A stretch of DNA of 64,000 nucleotides from an uncultured Verrucomicrobiae bacterium (GCA_963765205.1 CAVXVB010000009.1:1152001-1216000), one strand, 5' to 3'; positions 10,766 to 20,773 are shown, counted from the first letter of the stretch. Program-made: numbers and translations. The notes: generated by a model not told the origin, from the letters alone.

Positions 10766-11371
10766 CTATTGCGTTTGGAGAAAGTTGAATAATTTCCGCA
10801 GCGCCCGGGCGCGGTGGCTGATTTGGTTTTTCACGTCGTCGCCCAGTTCGGCGAAGGTTTTGTCGAAGCCCTCGGGGAAAAACACCGGGTCGTAGCCGAA
10901 GCCGCCGCCGCCCGCCGGTGTCCGCCCGATGCGCCCGCGGCACTCGCCTTCGAATATCTTTTCCTCGCCGCCGGGGCCGAGCAACGCGAGCACGCATTCG
11001 AACCGCGCCGCGCGCGCGGCGTCGGGAATAATTTCCAGCGCACGCAGCAATTTTTCCGTGTTTGCGCCGTCCCGCGCGCCCGCGCCCGCGTAGCGCGCCG
11101 AGTGCACCCCCGGCGCGCCGCCCAGCGCCTGGACTTCCAACCCGCTGTCGTCGGCCAGCACCCACGCTCCGGTTCGCGCGAACTTGCGTAGCGCACGCGC
11201 CTTGAGCAGCGCGTTGCCGGAAAACGTCCCCGCGTTTTCATCCACCGGCGGCATCCCGCCCAGCGCCGCCGCGCCAGCCACCGTCCACGACAGCGCCGCC
11301 GCCGCGAACATCTGCTGGAGTTCCCGCAGCTTGTGCGCGTTGCCGGTGGCCAGATAAATCGTGGTCTCCAT
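10766..11371 (-). CDS. rdgB: RdgB/HAM1 non-canonical purine NTP pyrophosphatase
   Basis: LATGNAHKLRE, ADDSGL, GFGYDPVF, KNQISHR. Confidence 0.95.
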   Translation of the reverse strand: METTIYLATGNAHKLRELQQMFAAAALSWTVAGAAALGGMPPVDENAGTFSGNALLKARALRKFARTGAWVLADDSGLEVQALGGAPGVHSARYAGAGARDGANTEKLLRALEIIPDAARAARFECVLALLGPGGEEKIFEGECRGRIGRTPAGGGGFGYDPVFFPEGFDKTFAELGDDVKNQISHRARALRKLFNFLQTQ

Positions 11372-11385
11372 ATCATTCCTCCCCA

Positions 11386-12502
11386 TCAGGGATAAACCAC
11401 TCGTCCGCGCAGCAACTGGTCGTCGCCCAAGGTGGCGTGCCGCACGTCGGCCAGCGTATAGGCGTCGGTCAAACGTTCGCAGAACGACCCGCTGAAAGCG
11501 GGCTGGGAGTTTTCATCGGCAAAAAACTTCGGCGCGCGGTAGGCGAACAAATAATTCATTTCCCGTGCCCGCAAAAACGCGCTCAACAAGGTCGGCCCAC
11601 CTTCGAGCAAAACCGCCGGCATTTCCACGCCTTCGCAAAATTCCCGCAACGCGGGAATCCAATCGTAGCCAAACAGCGCGGGCGCCGGAAAAACTTCCAC
11701 GCCCTGCTTTTCCAATTCCGCCTCGCGCTGGCGGTCGGGCCGGCGGCCGGCCAGCACCACGGTTTGCTTCCGATACTCGTCCGCATAAACATGGGGCAGC
11801 GGTTTCGTCACCGTCCGCAAGGTGCGGTCGAAAATGAAGCGTTGCGGGCACCACACGCTCGTGCCGATTTCGGCTGGTGAGCCGTGGGTTGTCCGCCAGC
11901 ACTGTGCCCGCGCCGACGCCAATCGCCGGAAACAGCCGCCGCCAGCGCATCGCGTCGCGCCGCGCCGCCGCGCCCGTGATCCACTGGCTCTCACCCGTGC
12001 TCGTCGCCACGCGGCCATCCAGCGTCGTCACGATTTTCCCGGCGATCAGCGGCGTCTCTTTGGTGATCCAATGATTGAAAATAAAATTCAGATCGGTGCA
12101 TTCCTCGGCGAGCACGCCCTCGACCACTTCAACACCCGCGGCGCGCAACAGCGCAAACCCGCGGCCCAAATGCTGCGGGTTCGGATCCGCCGCGCCGGCG
12201 ACGACGCGCTTGATCCCGGCGCGAATGATGGCCTCCGTGCAAGGCGGCGTGCGGCCGGTGGTCGAGCACGGTTCGAGGGTGACATACAGCGTCGCCCCCG
12301 GCGCCGGCGCGCGGCCCAGGTTGGTGAGGGCCACGACTTCCGCGTGCGGTTCGCCAGCGCGCGCGTGATAACCATCGGCCACCACGCGGCCGTGCTCGAC
12401 GATCAGGGCGCCGACCATCGGATTCGGATGCGTCGCGCCCCAGCCGCGGCGGGCGGCTTCGAGGGCGCGGCGCATCAAGCCCGTCTGGTTTTCGGCGCTC
12501 AT
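11386..12502 (-). CDS. ribD: Bifunctional riboflavin deaminase/reductase, apparent frameshift at ~11868-11870
   Basis: PNPMVGA, HAE, TLEPC...PPC deaminase motifs and GESQWIT in one frame; the reductase C-terminus (LLEGGPTL) is in another frame. Confidence 0.88.
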
Positions 12503-12523
12503 GGTTCGGCTATAAACAAAATT

Positions 12524-13156
12524 TCAGCCGCGCACGAACATGTTTGTGGCGCGTTCGCGGGCCAGGGTCGTGGCCGGGCCGTGGCCGGGATACAAAACCG
12601 TGCCGCCGGGCAGCGTGTAAATTTGCGTGCGAATCGAATTTTCCAGTTGCCGCCAGTCGCCGCCGGGCAAATCCGGCCGGCCCACCGCACCCGCGAAAAT
12701 CGCATCGCCGACAAATGCGGCGTTCGCTTCCGCATTATAAAACACGACGTTGCCCGGCGCGTGGCCGGGAACATGGCGCACTTCGAAGCGCAGACCCGCG
12801 ATGTCCAAAATTTCTCCAGCCTTGATAAAATGGTCCACGCGCGCCGGTTCGATGTCGAGCCCCGGCAGCATGAACCCCGCCTGCTGCATCGGGTTCTCGA
12901 TCCAGTCGCGGTCGTCGGCGTGCGCGTAAACAACGGCGCCCGCCGCGCGGCAGGCCGCGGCATCGGCCATGTGGTCCCAGTGGCCGTGCGTGAGCAGCAG
13001 CGCCGTCAGCCGCCGATGGCTTTGGGCCAGGGCCGGCAAAATCGCCGTGAGCGCGCCCGGCGGGGCGTCCACCAGCACGGCGTCGTCGCGGCCCGGCGCG
13101 AAGAGCAGGTAGGCGTTGGTGTCGAGCGGAGGAAGGGGAAAGGTCTGAATCTGCAC
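12524..13156 (-). CDS. MBL-fold metallo-hydrolase (glyoxalase II-like)
   Basis: THGHWDH, PGHAPG, GDAIF, YPGHG; probable GTG start. Confidence 0.9.
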   Translation of the reverse strand: MQIQTFPLPPLDTNAYLLFAPGRDDAVLVDAPPGALTAILPALAQSHRRLTALLLTHGHWDHMADAAACRAAGAVVYAHADDRDWIENPMQQAGFMLPGLDIEPARVDHFIKAGEILDIAGLRFEVRHVPGHAPGNVVFYNAEANAAFVGDAIFAGAVGRPDLPGGDWRQLENSIRTQIYTLPGGTVLYPGHGPATTLARERATNMFVRG

Positions 13157-13321
13157 AGGGCGCAAGGCTGGCCGCGCGGCGCGCCCGCTGGCAACAGGAA
13201 ACTGGCGGGGCTTTGGCCTATTTTCGCCGGGGCGATTTTTCGCTTTGCCCGGCCGGGCAATTCCCGCTTTGCTGTTCCCTTTGGCCGGGACGCTCCCAGC
13301 CCCGCCCACCACTTTTCCTCC

Positions 13322-14422
13322 ATGAATAACCTGCGCATCGCCATCCTGCCCGGTGACGGCATCGGCCCCGAAGTCATGGCCGTCGCCCTGCAAATTTTGG
13401 CGAAATCCGCCGCCCAGCACGGTTTCACCGTCGAGCACGCGACCTGGGACGTGGGCGGCATCGCCATTGACCGGCATGGCTCGCCCCTGCCCGCCGCCAC
13501 GCTCGACGCCTGCCGCGCGGCCGACGCGATTTTGTTCGGCTCCGTCGGCGGCCCCAAATGGGAAAAGCTCCCGCCCAAGGAGCAGCCCGAGCGCGGCGCG
13601 CTCCTCCCCCTGCGCAAGGAATTCAAATTGTTCGCCAACCTGCGCCCCGGCCTGCTCTACCCCGAGTTGGTGGACGCCTCGCCGCTCAAACGCGAACGCA
13701 TCCCCAACGGCATTGACATGGTCTGCGTGCGCGAATTGACCGGCGGCATTTACTTCGGCCAGCCCAAGCAAACGCGCACCCTCCCTGACGGCGACATCGA
13801 GGCCGTGGACACCATGGTTTACAAAAAGAGCGAAATCGAGCGCATCACCGAAGTCGCCTGCCGCGCCGCGCTCGGCCGCGGGAAACGCCTCTGCTCGGTG
13901 GACAAGGCCAATGTGCTCGAAACTTCCGTCCTCTGGCGCAAAACGGTCGTGGACTACGTCGCGAAAAACTATCCCGCCATCACGCTCTCGCACCTTTACG
14001 TGGACAACGCGGCGATGCAGCTCGCGCGCGACCCCAACCAGTTCGACGTGATCGTCACCGAAAACATGTTCGGCGACATCCTCTCCGACGAGATGGCCGT
14101 CGTCTGCGGCTCGCTCGGGATGCTCGCCTCGGCCAGCCTCGGCGCGGGGCACAACCGCCACGGCTTCCCCTTCGGTCTGTATGAGCCGGCCGGTGGCACC
14201 GCGCCCGACCTCGCGGGCAAAAACCTCGCCAACCCCTGCGCGCAAATTTTGAGCGTCGCGCTCATGCTGCGCCACAGCTTCGGCCTGGAAGCCCCCGCCG
14301 CCGCCATCGAAAAAGCCGTCCGCAACACTGTCACCACCGGCACCCGCACCGGCGACATCGCCTTCGGCCAACCCTCCGTCGGCACCAAGGAAATGGGCGC
14401 GGCCATCCTCGCAAAACTCTGA
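13322..14422 (+). CDS. leuB: 3-isopropylmalate dehydrogenase
   Basis: LPGDGIGPEV, VRELTGGIYFG, VDKANVL, ENMFGDILSDE. Confidence 0.95.
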   Translation: MNNLRIAILPGDGIGPEVMAVALQILAKSAAQHGFTVEHATWDVGGIAIDRHGSPLPAATLDACRAADAILFGSVGGPKWEKLPPKEQPERGALLPLRKEFKLFANLRPGLLYPELVDASPLKRERIPNGIDMVCVRELTGGIYFGQPKQTRTLPDGDIEAVDTMVYKKSEIERITEVACRAALGRGKRLCSVDKANVLETSVLWRKTVVDYVAKNYPAITLSHLYVDNAAMQLARDPNQFDVIVTENMFGDILSDEMAVVCGSLGMLASASLGAGHNRHGFPFGLYEPAGGTAPDLAGKNLANPCAQILSVALMLRHSFGLEAPAAAIEKAVRNTVTTGTRTGDIAFGQPSVGTKEMGAAILAKL

Positions 14423-14543
14423 ACATCCAACACTCAACATCCAACGCCCAATATCGAACATCCAACATCCAATAAAAAGGCAAAAACGCTTGGCTGCCTT
14501 TCATTGGATGTTGGATGTTGAGCGTTCGATGTTGGATGTTGAA
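14422..14543. repeat. Inverted arrays of degenerate heptamers (AACATCC)n ... (GGATGTT)n
   Basis: aacatccaacactcaacatccaacgcc...aacatccaacatccaa followed by ttggatgttggatgttgagcgttcgatgttggatgttg. Confidence 0.85.
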
Positions 14544-14551
14544 TTTTGATC

Positions 14552-17500
14552 ATGACTTCTTCCCAAATTCGCCAGTCGTTCCTCGACTTCTTCCGGTCGA
14601 AGGGCCACACCGTCGTGCCCTCCTCGTCGCTGCTGCCGGACTCGCCGAACCTGCTCTTCACCAACGCGGGCATGAACCAGTTCGTGCCGATCTTCCTCGG
14701 CGAGCGCCGCGCGGACGTCTCGAAATGGGCCGGCGCGACGCCGGGCCTCGACACCCGCGCCGCCGACACGCAGAAGTGCATCCGCGCCGGCGGCAAACAC
14801 AACGATCTCGAGGACGTCGGCCTCGACACCTACCACCACACGTTTTTCGAAATGCTCGGCAACTGGTCCTTCGGCGACTATTTCAAAAAGGAGGCCATTG
14901 ACTGGGCTTGGGAATTGATCACCGAAATTTGGAAATTTCCCGCGAACCGGCTCTACGCCACGGTTTATAGCCCCGATAAATCGAAAGGCGACCCCAGCGA
15001 CTTCGACCAGGAGGCCTGGGACGTGTGGGCCGGCCATTTTCGCCGTGCCGGACTCGACCCCAAAATCCATATCGTCAGCGGCAACAAAAAGGACAATTTC
15101 TGGATGATGGGCGACACCGGCCCCTGCGGCCCGTGCAGCGAATTGCATGTGGATTTGACCCCGGCAGGCGACACGCAAGGCGCGCTCGTCAATAAAGGCG
15201 ACGCCCGCTGCATCGAAATCTGGAACCTCGTCTTCATCCAATTCAACGCTAGAATCACCAAGTATAAACGCGAGGAAATTGTCTCGGGTCATTATATCGA
15301 TATTCCAATCGAATGGGCGTTCGACCCATTATCTGCGAAACACGTGGACACCGGCATGGGCTTCGAGCGTGTGACGAGCATCATCCAGGGCACCAAGAAT
15401 TTCACCGATTTCCCAAACGCGAAAATCTCGAACTACGAAACCGACATCTTCCGCCCCATCTTCGACGAAATCGAAAAACTCAGCGGCAAGCAATACACCT
15501 CGACATTACCGCAGCCTGTCTCAGCGCCAGCTTCTCCTTCTTCCTATTCTTCTCCGTCATCTTCCACCACGGAAAAAACCGTCGTTTCTCCCGCCCCCGG
15601 TCATGCGCTCGATTCTTCTGTCCCGGGGAGCGCGACCGTCCCGGTCGCCGCCGTCGGCGTCCCGCCGACGGCACCAGCCGCCCCCGTCCTTTACCACAAG
15701 CGCCGCCTCCCCCACTTCGAACGCCCCTGGTCGAAATACATGGCCACCTTTTCGACCCACGAACGCCGCCCCCTGTCCCCCCGCGCCCGCGATTTGGTTC
15801 TCAAAAGCCTCCTCTTCGGCCATCACCAAAACCGCTACCAAATCTATGTGGCCTGCGTCATGCCCGATCATGTCCATTTGCTTTTCGAACCGCAAATCAA
15901 GGAGCGATCCCAGAATGACAACCCCGTTTTTTGGGGGCTAACGGATATTTTGCATTCCATCAAGTCCTTCACCGCGCACGAAATCAACAAGCTGGAGGGC
16001 GGCAGCGGACAAGTTTGGGAAAATGAATCTTTCGACTGGCAGATTCGCGGCGAGGCGGATTTGTGGGAGAAATTCAAGTATGTCTGTGCAAATCCCGGGA
16101 AGGATGGTTTGGTCAAGGAAGGCGAGGATTACGCGTGGTTGTGGACGCCCGACCAAGCATCTACTGCGCGAGACGCGCAGCAGGGCGACCGGGACGGTCG
16201 CGCTCCCCGGGACGAAGAATTCCCGACCAAGGAACAAATCCAGATTGACGTGGCCTTCCGCGTCATTGCCGACCACATCCGCACCCTGAGTTTCGCCATT
16301 GCGGATGGCATCCTCCCCGGCAACAACGACCGCAATTACGTTCTGCGCCGAATTTTGCGCCGGGCAATAAGTTATGGACGCACTCTCGGGTTCCAAGAAC
16401 CGTTCTTTTATAAATTGGTTAATGTTTTGGCTTCAACAATGGGAAGTGTTTTTCCTGAAATTCGAACTAATCTTACGAAAGTAAAGGATGTGATCTTTAG
16501 CGAAGAAGCGTCGTTTAATAAAACCATCGATCGTGGTTTAGCAATTTTAACTCATGCAACTGAACGTGGATCTCAAATAACTGCTGCGGCTGGTGGTGAA
16601 TATACTTTTCACATTAAAGACCCAAATGGGGTTTCCATAAAAGTCCACGCTGTAAGGCTCGCAAATTTAATCAAAGGCGAAACTAAAAATTGTATAACTG
16701 GAGAATTTGCCTTTCTTCTCTATGACACCTACGGCTTTCCTGTGGATTTGACCGCATTAAAGGCTCGTGAACGTGGTTTGCTTGTCGATTTCGAGGGATT
16801 TAACATTTGCATGGAAATGCAGCGCGCCCGCGCGCGCGCCGCGCAGAAAAAGACCGTCATCGAACTTTCCCAAATCGAAGCCAAGACGCCGACGCATTTT
16901 CTGGGCTATGACCACAATCACATCGGCGCGGATGTGCAGGAGGTCGTGGTGGTGAAGGACAAGACGGTCGTAGTCGTGAACAATTCCGTTTGCTATGCGG
17001 AGATGGGCGGGCAGGCGGGCGACACGGGCGAACTGGAAAGTTCCGGCCACCATTGGCGCATCACCAACACGCAAAAATCCGGCGCAACCTGGCTGCATTT
17101 CATCGAGGGCGGCGAAGCTCCGCAGGCGGGCGCGCATGTGACGGTCAAGGTGGACGGCCCCCGCCGCGCCGCCATCGAACGCCACCACACCGTGACGCAC
17201 CTGCTGCACTGGGCGCTGCACGAGGTGGTCAGCCGCGACGCGACGCAGAAGGGTTCCTCCGTCGGGCCGGACAAGTTGACCTTCGACTTCAACAGCGCCG
17301 CGCTGACGCCCGCGCAAATCGCGGAAATCGAAAAACTCGTCAACGCCCGCGTGCGCGAAAACGCGCCGGTCTCATGGGGCGATTTCCCCTACGCCGACGT
17401 GAAGGGCCGCCCGGAGGTCATGCAGTTTTTCGGCGACAAATACGGCGACGTCGTGCGCGTCGTGCAAATCGGCGGCCACGCCGATAAAGACGCGCACGGC

Positions 17501-18235
17501 AAACTCCACCCGCGCCTCGACGGTTACTCGATGGAATTGTGCGGCGGCACGCATGTGCGCCAAACCGGCGACATCGGCCTCTTCAAAATTCTGCACGAAA
17601 GCGCCATCGCCGCCGGTGTGCGCCGCATCGAGGCCGTCGCGGGCGAAGCCGCGGCAACCGCCGTCGTCCAACTGGCCCAGGAAGCACGCGAACTCGAAAA
17701 GTCGCTCGCCGACCTTGGCGGAAAATTTTCCGGCGCGGCGATTCCCCTCCCCGCCGGCACGCCCGACATTGAAACCGCGCAAGCCCTCGATCAACGCGTG
17801 CGCGACCTCCAGCAAGCCCTCACCGACCAAAAAGCCGCCATCGAAAAATCCCGCCGGGCCGAGCAGCAGAAAAACGCCGCCGGCCTCGCCGACAATCTGG
17901 CCGCCGCAGCCATCGTCAAAGGCGCGCTCAAATTCATCGTGGCCGTGGTGGACGCGCCGCCTGGCAGCCTGCGCGACATCGCCGTGCAGGCGGGCAAAAA
18001 AATCGGCCCCGGCGTCGTTGTCCTCGGCTGCGCGGCGGACGGCAAAACCGGCGTCGTCGCGCTGTGCTCGCCGGAGGCTATTGCCGCGGGCCACGCCGCC
18101 GGGAAAATCGTCGGCGACCTCTGCGCGCGGTTGGGCGGCAAAGGCGGCGGTAAGCCGGACTTCGCCCAAGGCGGCGGCAAGGACGCCGCGCAACTTGACG
18201 CCGTGTTAAAAAACTTTCGTGAACAAATCCGCTAA
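14552..18235 (+). CDS. alaS: Alanine--tRNA ligase with a large in-frame RAYT transposase insertion and smaller inserts
   Basis: LLFTNAGMNQF, HHTFFEMLGNWSFGDYFK, HVDTGMGFER, VIADHIR, LYDTYGFP, HHTVTHLLH/ELCGGTH editing site, GGKGGG DHHA1 end. Confidence 0.95.
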   Translation: MTSSQIRQSFLDFFRSKGHTVVPSSSLLPDSPNLLFTNAGMNQFVPIFLGERRADVSKWAGATPGLDTRAADTQKCIRAGGKHNDLEDVGLDTYHHTFFEMLGNWSFGDYFKKEAIDWAWELITEIWKFPANRLYATVYSPDKSKGDPSDFDQEAWDVWAGHFRRAGLDPKIHIVSGNKKDNFWMMGDTGPCGPCSELHVDLTPAGDTQGALVNKGDARCIEIWNLVFIQFNARITKYKREEIVSGHYIDIPIEWAFDPLSAKHVDTGMGFERVTSIIQGTKNFTDFPNAKISNYETDIFRPIFDEIEKLSGKQYTSTLPQPVSAPASPSSYSSPSSSTTEKTVVSPAPGHALDSSVPGSATVPVAAVGVPPTAPAAPVLYHKRRLPHFERPWSKYMATFSTHERRPLSPRARDLVLKSLLFGHHQNRYQIYVACVMPDHVHLLFEPQIKERSQNDNPVFWGLTDILHSIKSFTAHEINKLEGGSGQVWENESFDWQIRGEADLWEKFKYVCANPGKDGLVKEGEDYAWLWTPDQASTARDAQQGDRDGRAPRDEEFPTKEQIQIDVAFRVIADHIRTLSFAIADGILPGNNDRNYVLRRILRRAISYGRTLGFQEPFFYKLVNVLASTMGSVFPEIRTNLTKVKDVIFSEEASFNKTIDRGLAILTHATERGSQITAAAGGEYTFHIKDPNGVSIKVHAVRLANLIKGETKNCITGEFAFLLYDTYGFPVDLTALKARERGLLVDFEGFNICMEMQRARARAAQKKTVIELSQIEAKTPTHFLGYDHNHIGADVQEVVVVKDKTVVVVNNSVCYAEMGGQAGDTGELESSGHHWRITNTQKSGATWLHFIEGGEAPQAGAHVTVKVDGPRRAAIERHHTVTHLLHWALHEVVSRDATQKGSSVGPDKLTFDFNSAALTPAQIAEIEKLVNARVRENAPVSWGDFPYADVKGRPEVMQFFGDKYGDVVRVVQIGGHADKDAHGKLHPRLDGYSMELCGGTHVRQTGDIGLFKILHESAIAAGVRRIEAVAGEAAATAVVQLAQEARELEKSLADLGGKFSGAAIPLPAGTPDIETAQALDQRVRDLQQALTDQKAAIEKSRRAEQQKNAAGLADNLAAAAIVKGALKFIVAVVDAPPGSLRDIAVQAGKKIGPGVVVLGCAADGKTGVVALCSPEAIAAGHAAGKIVGDLCARLGGKGGGKPDFAQGGGKDAAQLDAVLKNFREQIR
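15612..16220 (+). mobile_element. REP-flanked RAYT (Y1/HUH tyrosine transposase) module embedded in frame in alaS
   Basis: Perfect 30-bp inverted repeat (15620-15649 / 16184-16213) with internal REP-like palindromes. It encloses RRLPH...ATFST...CVMPDHVHLL...IKSFTA...VWENESFD...YVCANP...W. Confidence 0.88.
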
Positions 18236-18239
18236 ATCC

Positions 18240-18515
18240 ATGACCTCCGCCGAAAAAGCCGCCTGGCGCGCCCGCGCGCAAACGCTCAAGCCCGCTGTGA
18301 AAGTCGGCCGCAGCGGCGTCACCCCTGCCTTGGTCAAGGAACTCGATCTCGCCCTCCGGCGCATGGAGCTGGTCAAGGTGCGCTTTTCCGAAGGCCGCGA
18401 CCTCCTGCGCGACCAGTGCGCCGAACTCGCCGCGGCGACCCAATCAGACTGCGTCGGCGGCCTCGGCCATGTGGCGTCCTTCCACCGACCTTTGGCCACC
18501 AAGAAGCTGGGTTAG
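18240..18515 (+). CDS. yhbY: YhbY/CRM-domain RNA-binding protein
   Basis: RARAQTLKPAVKVGRSGVT...ELVKVRF. Confidence 0.85.
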   Translation: MTSAEKAAWRARAQTLKPAVKVGRSGVTPALVKELDLALRRMELVKVRFSEGRDLLRDQCAELAAATQSDCVGGLGHVASFHRPLATKKLG

Positions 18516-18611
18516 CGGCGCCGGTGGCGGCCTAATCCCCAAGGGCGATATTTGGCGAACATACTGCGCAAAAGATTGCGCCGCGCCAGGCAGGCGGGTT
18601 TAATCCGGGAT

Positions 18612-19364
18612 ATGCCGGATGATTCCGCCCCACCCTTCTCCCGCCCTGATGGCCGCGCCGTGAACCAAATGCGCGCGGTGTCGTTCGCGCCGGGGATTGC
18701 TCCGCACGCGCATGGCTCCGTCCTGGCACGGTTTGGGGACACGGCGGTGATCTGCGCGGCGATGATCGAGGACCGGGTGCCCCCGTGGATGACGCAGCAG
18801 CGTGTGCCCGGCGGGTGGCTGTCGGCGGAGTATTCGCTGCTGCCCTACTCGACGCTCGAGCGCAAGCCGCGCGACATTGCGCGCGGCAAGCTGGACGGGC
18901 GTACGGTCGAAATCCAGCGCCTCATCGGCCGGGCGCTGCGCGCGGTGGTGGATTTGTCCAAGCTGCCGGGGATGACGCTGTGGGTGGACTGCGACGTGCT
19001 CCAGGCCGATGGCGGGACGCGCACAGCGGCGATTTCCGGCGCCTATGTCGCCGCGCGGCTGGCGGAGCAAAAGCTGCGGGCGGAGGGCAAACTCAAGGCG
19101 AGCATTTTCACTGATTCGGTCGCGGCGGTGAGCGCGGGTATGTGGCGCGGGCGCGCCGTCCTTGACCTCAATTACCTCGAGGACCGGGACGCCGCGGTGG
19201 ACGCGAACATTGTGCTGACCGGCGCGGGGCGCTTCGTCGAAATTCAAAGCTCAGGCGAAGAGGCGACGTTTTCCGGCGAGGAGCTGGACGCGCTGGTGGC
19301 GCTGGCGCGGCTGGGCGCGGCGGAAATCACCGCGGTGCAGCAACAGACGCTGGGAGCCGGATGA
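18612..19364 (+). CDS. rph: Ribonuclease PH
   Basis: GWLSAEYSLLP, GRTVEIQRLIGRALR, DCDVLQADGGTRTA. Confidence 0.95.
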   Translation: MPDDSAPPFSRPDGRAVNQMRAVSFAPGIAPHAHGSVLARFGDTAVICAAMIEDRVPPWMTQQRVPGGWLSAEYSLLPYSTLERKPRDIARGKLDGRTVEIQRLIGRALRAVVDLSKLPGMTLWVDCDVLQADGGTRTAAISGAYVAARLAEQKLRAEGKLKASIFTDSVAAVSAGMWRGRAVLDLNYLEDRDAAVDANIVLTGAGRFVEIQSSGEEATFSGEELDALVALARLGAAEITAVQQQTLGAG

Positions 19365-19450
19365 CGGTCCCGATGATTTTTGGAATTGTCAAAGCAGCCG
19401 AGTCGCGATAATCAAGACCGTTTTGCCCCTCGCCACAACGCTCCGCCCGC

Positions 19451-20635
19451 ATGAACATCCACGAATACCAGGCCAAACATCTTTTCCGGGACTACGGGGT
19501 GGCGGTAGCGCGGGGCGCGGTGGCGAAAACGCCGGAGGAAATTGACGCCGCCCTGGCACAATTGCCGGCGGGGAAAATAGTGGTGAAGAGCCAGATTCAC
19601 GCGGGGGGGCGCGGCAAGGGCAAGTTTACCGATGGTTTTGCCGGGGGCGTGAAAATCGCCGGCAGTGCGGCCCAGGCCAAGGAGTTTGCCCTGCGGATGC
19701 TGGGCAACACGCTCGTCACCCACCAAACCGGCCCGGCGGGCCGCAAAGTGCAGACGATTTTTTTCACCGAGGCCACGGACATTGCCAAGGAATACTACCT
19801 AGCCATCCTGCTCGACCGCGCCACCAGCCAGCCGGTCATTATTGCCTCGACCGAAGGGGGCATGGACATTGAGCAGGTCGCGGCGCAGATGCCGGACAAA
19901 ATTTTGCGCCGGCAAGTGGACCCGGCGCTGGGCCTGCGCGCGTTCCAAGCGCGGGAAATCAGCTACCGACTGGGCTTGGGCGAAGAGCAAATTAAGCAAT
20001 TCGGCAAGCTGCTCGAAGGCGTCTACAAGCTTTTTTGGGACAAGGATTGCGCGATGGTCGAGATCAACCCCCTCATCGTCACGCCGGCCGGGCGGGTGGA
20101 GGCGCTCGACGCCAAGGTGTCGTTTGACGACAACGCGCTGTTCCGCCACCCTGATATTCAAGCGCTGCGCGATCTGAACGAGGAGGACCCGAAGGAGATC
20201 GAGGCCTCGAAATCCAACCTCAATTACATCGCGTTGGACGGCAACATCGCCTGCCTGGTCAATGGGGCGGGCCTGGCGATGGCGACGATGGACATCATCC
20301 AATACTTCGGCGGCACGCCGGCGAACTTCCTCGATGTGGGCGGCGGGGCGACGGAGGAGCAGGTCACCGCGGCGTTCCGCATCATCTTGAGCGACCCGGC
20401 GGTGAAGGGCATCCTGGTGAACATTTTTGGGGGCATCATGAAGTGCGACATCATTGCCCGCGGTGTCATCGCTGCGGCGCGCACCACGCAGCTCCAAGTT
20501 CCGCTGGTGGTGCGCCTCGAGGGCACCAACGTTGAGCTGGGGCGAGAAATCCTCGCGCAGAGCGGCCTCGCCCTGACGGCGGCCGACTCGCTGGCGGACG
20601 CCGCGCAAAAGATCGTGGCGGCATTAAAGGCGTGA
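19451..20635 (+). CDS. sucC: Succinyl-CoA ligase beta subunit
   Basis: [38 protein letters not shown]. Confidence 0.96.
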   Translation: MNIHEYQAKHLFRDYGVAVARGAVAKTPEEIDAALAQLPAGKIVVKSQIHAGGRGKGKFTDGFAGGVKIAGSAAQAKEFALRMLGNTLVTHQTGPAGRKVQTIFFTEATDIAKEYYLAILLDRATSQPVIIASTEGGMDIEQVAAQMPDKILRRQVDPALGLRAFQAREISYRLGLGEEQIKQFGKLLEGVYKLFWDKDCAMVEINPLIVTPAGRVEALDAKVSFDDNALFRHPDIQALRDLNEEDPKEIEASKSNLNYIALDGNIACLVNGAGLAMATMDIIQYFGGTPANFLDVGGGATEEQVTAAFRIILSDPAVKGILVNIFGGIMKCDIIARGVIAAARTTQLQVPLVVRLEGTNVELGREILAQSGLALTAADSLADAAQKIVAALKA

Positions 20636-20766
20636 ATGGCAGATGGAAAAAAGGAAAATGGAAAAAATCGCACCCCCCTCACCAATGTCATTTCCAGCCA
20701 CATTTTTAATTTTTCCGCTTCCCTCTTCTTTTTCCATTTTCCATTTTCCATCTTCCATTTTCCATC
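20636..20766. repeat. Inverted heptamer arrays (AATGGAA)n ... (TTCCATT)n
   Basis: atggcagatggaaaaaaggaaaatggaaaaa ... ttccattttccattttccatcttccattttccat. Confidence 0.75.
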
Positions 20767-20773
20767 CCTACCC

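Noticed and set aside
11822..14461. 866-aa and 645-aa ORFs as fusion proteins
   Set aside because: Real genes are leuB (from 13322) and the MBL hydrolase (from 13156); the extensions are antisense read-through.
15510..16230. alaS insert as an intein or group I/II intron
   Set aside because: No Cys/Ser...His-Asn intein termini or LAGLIDADG/RT motifs were seen; the motifs are HUH-transposase type.
16365..16810. Diversity-generating retroelement target
   Set aside because: No reverse transcriptase or template-repeat copy in the window.
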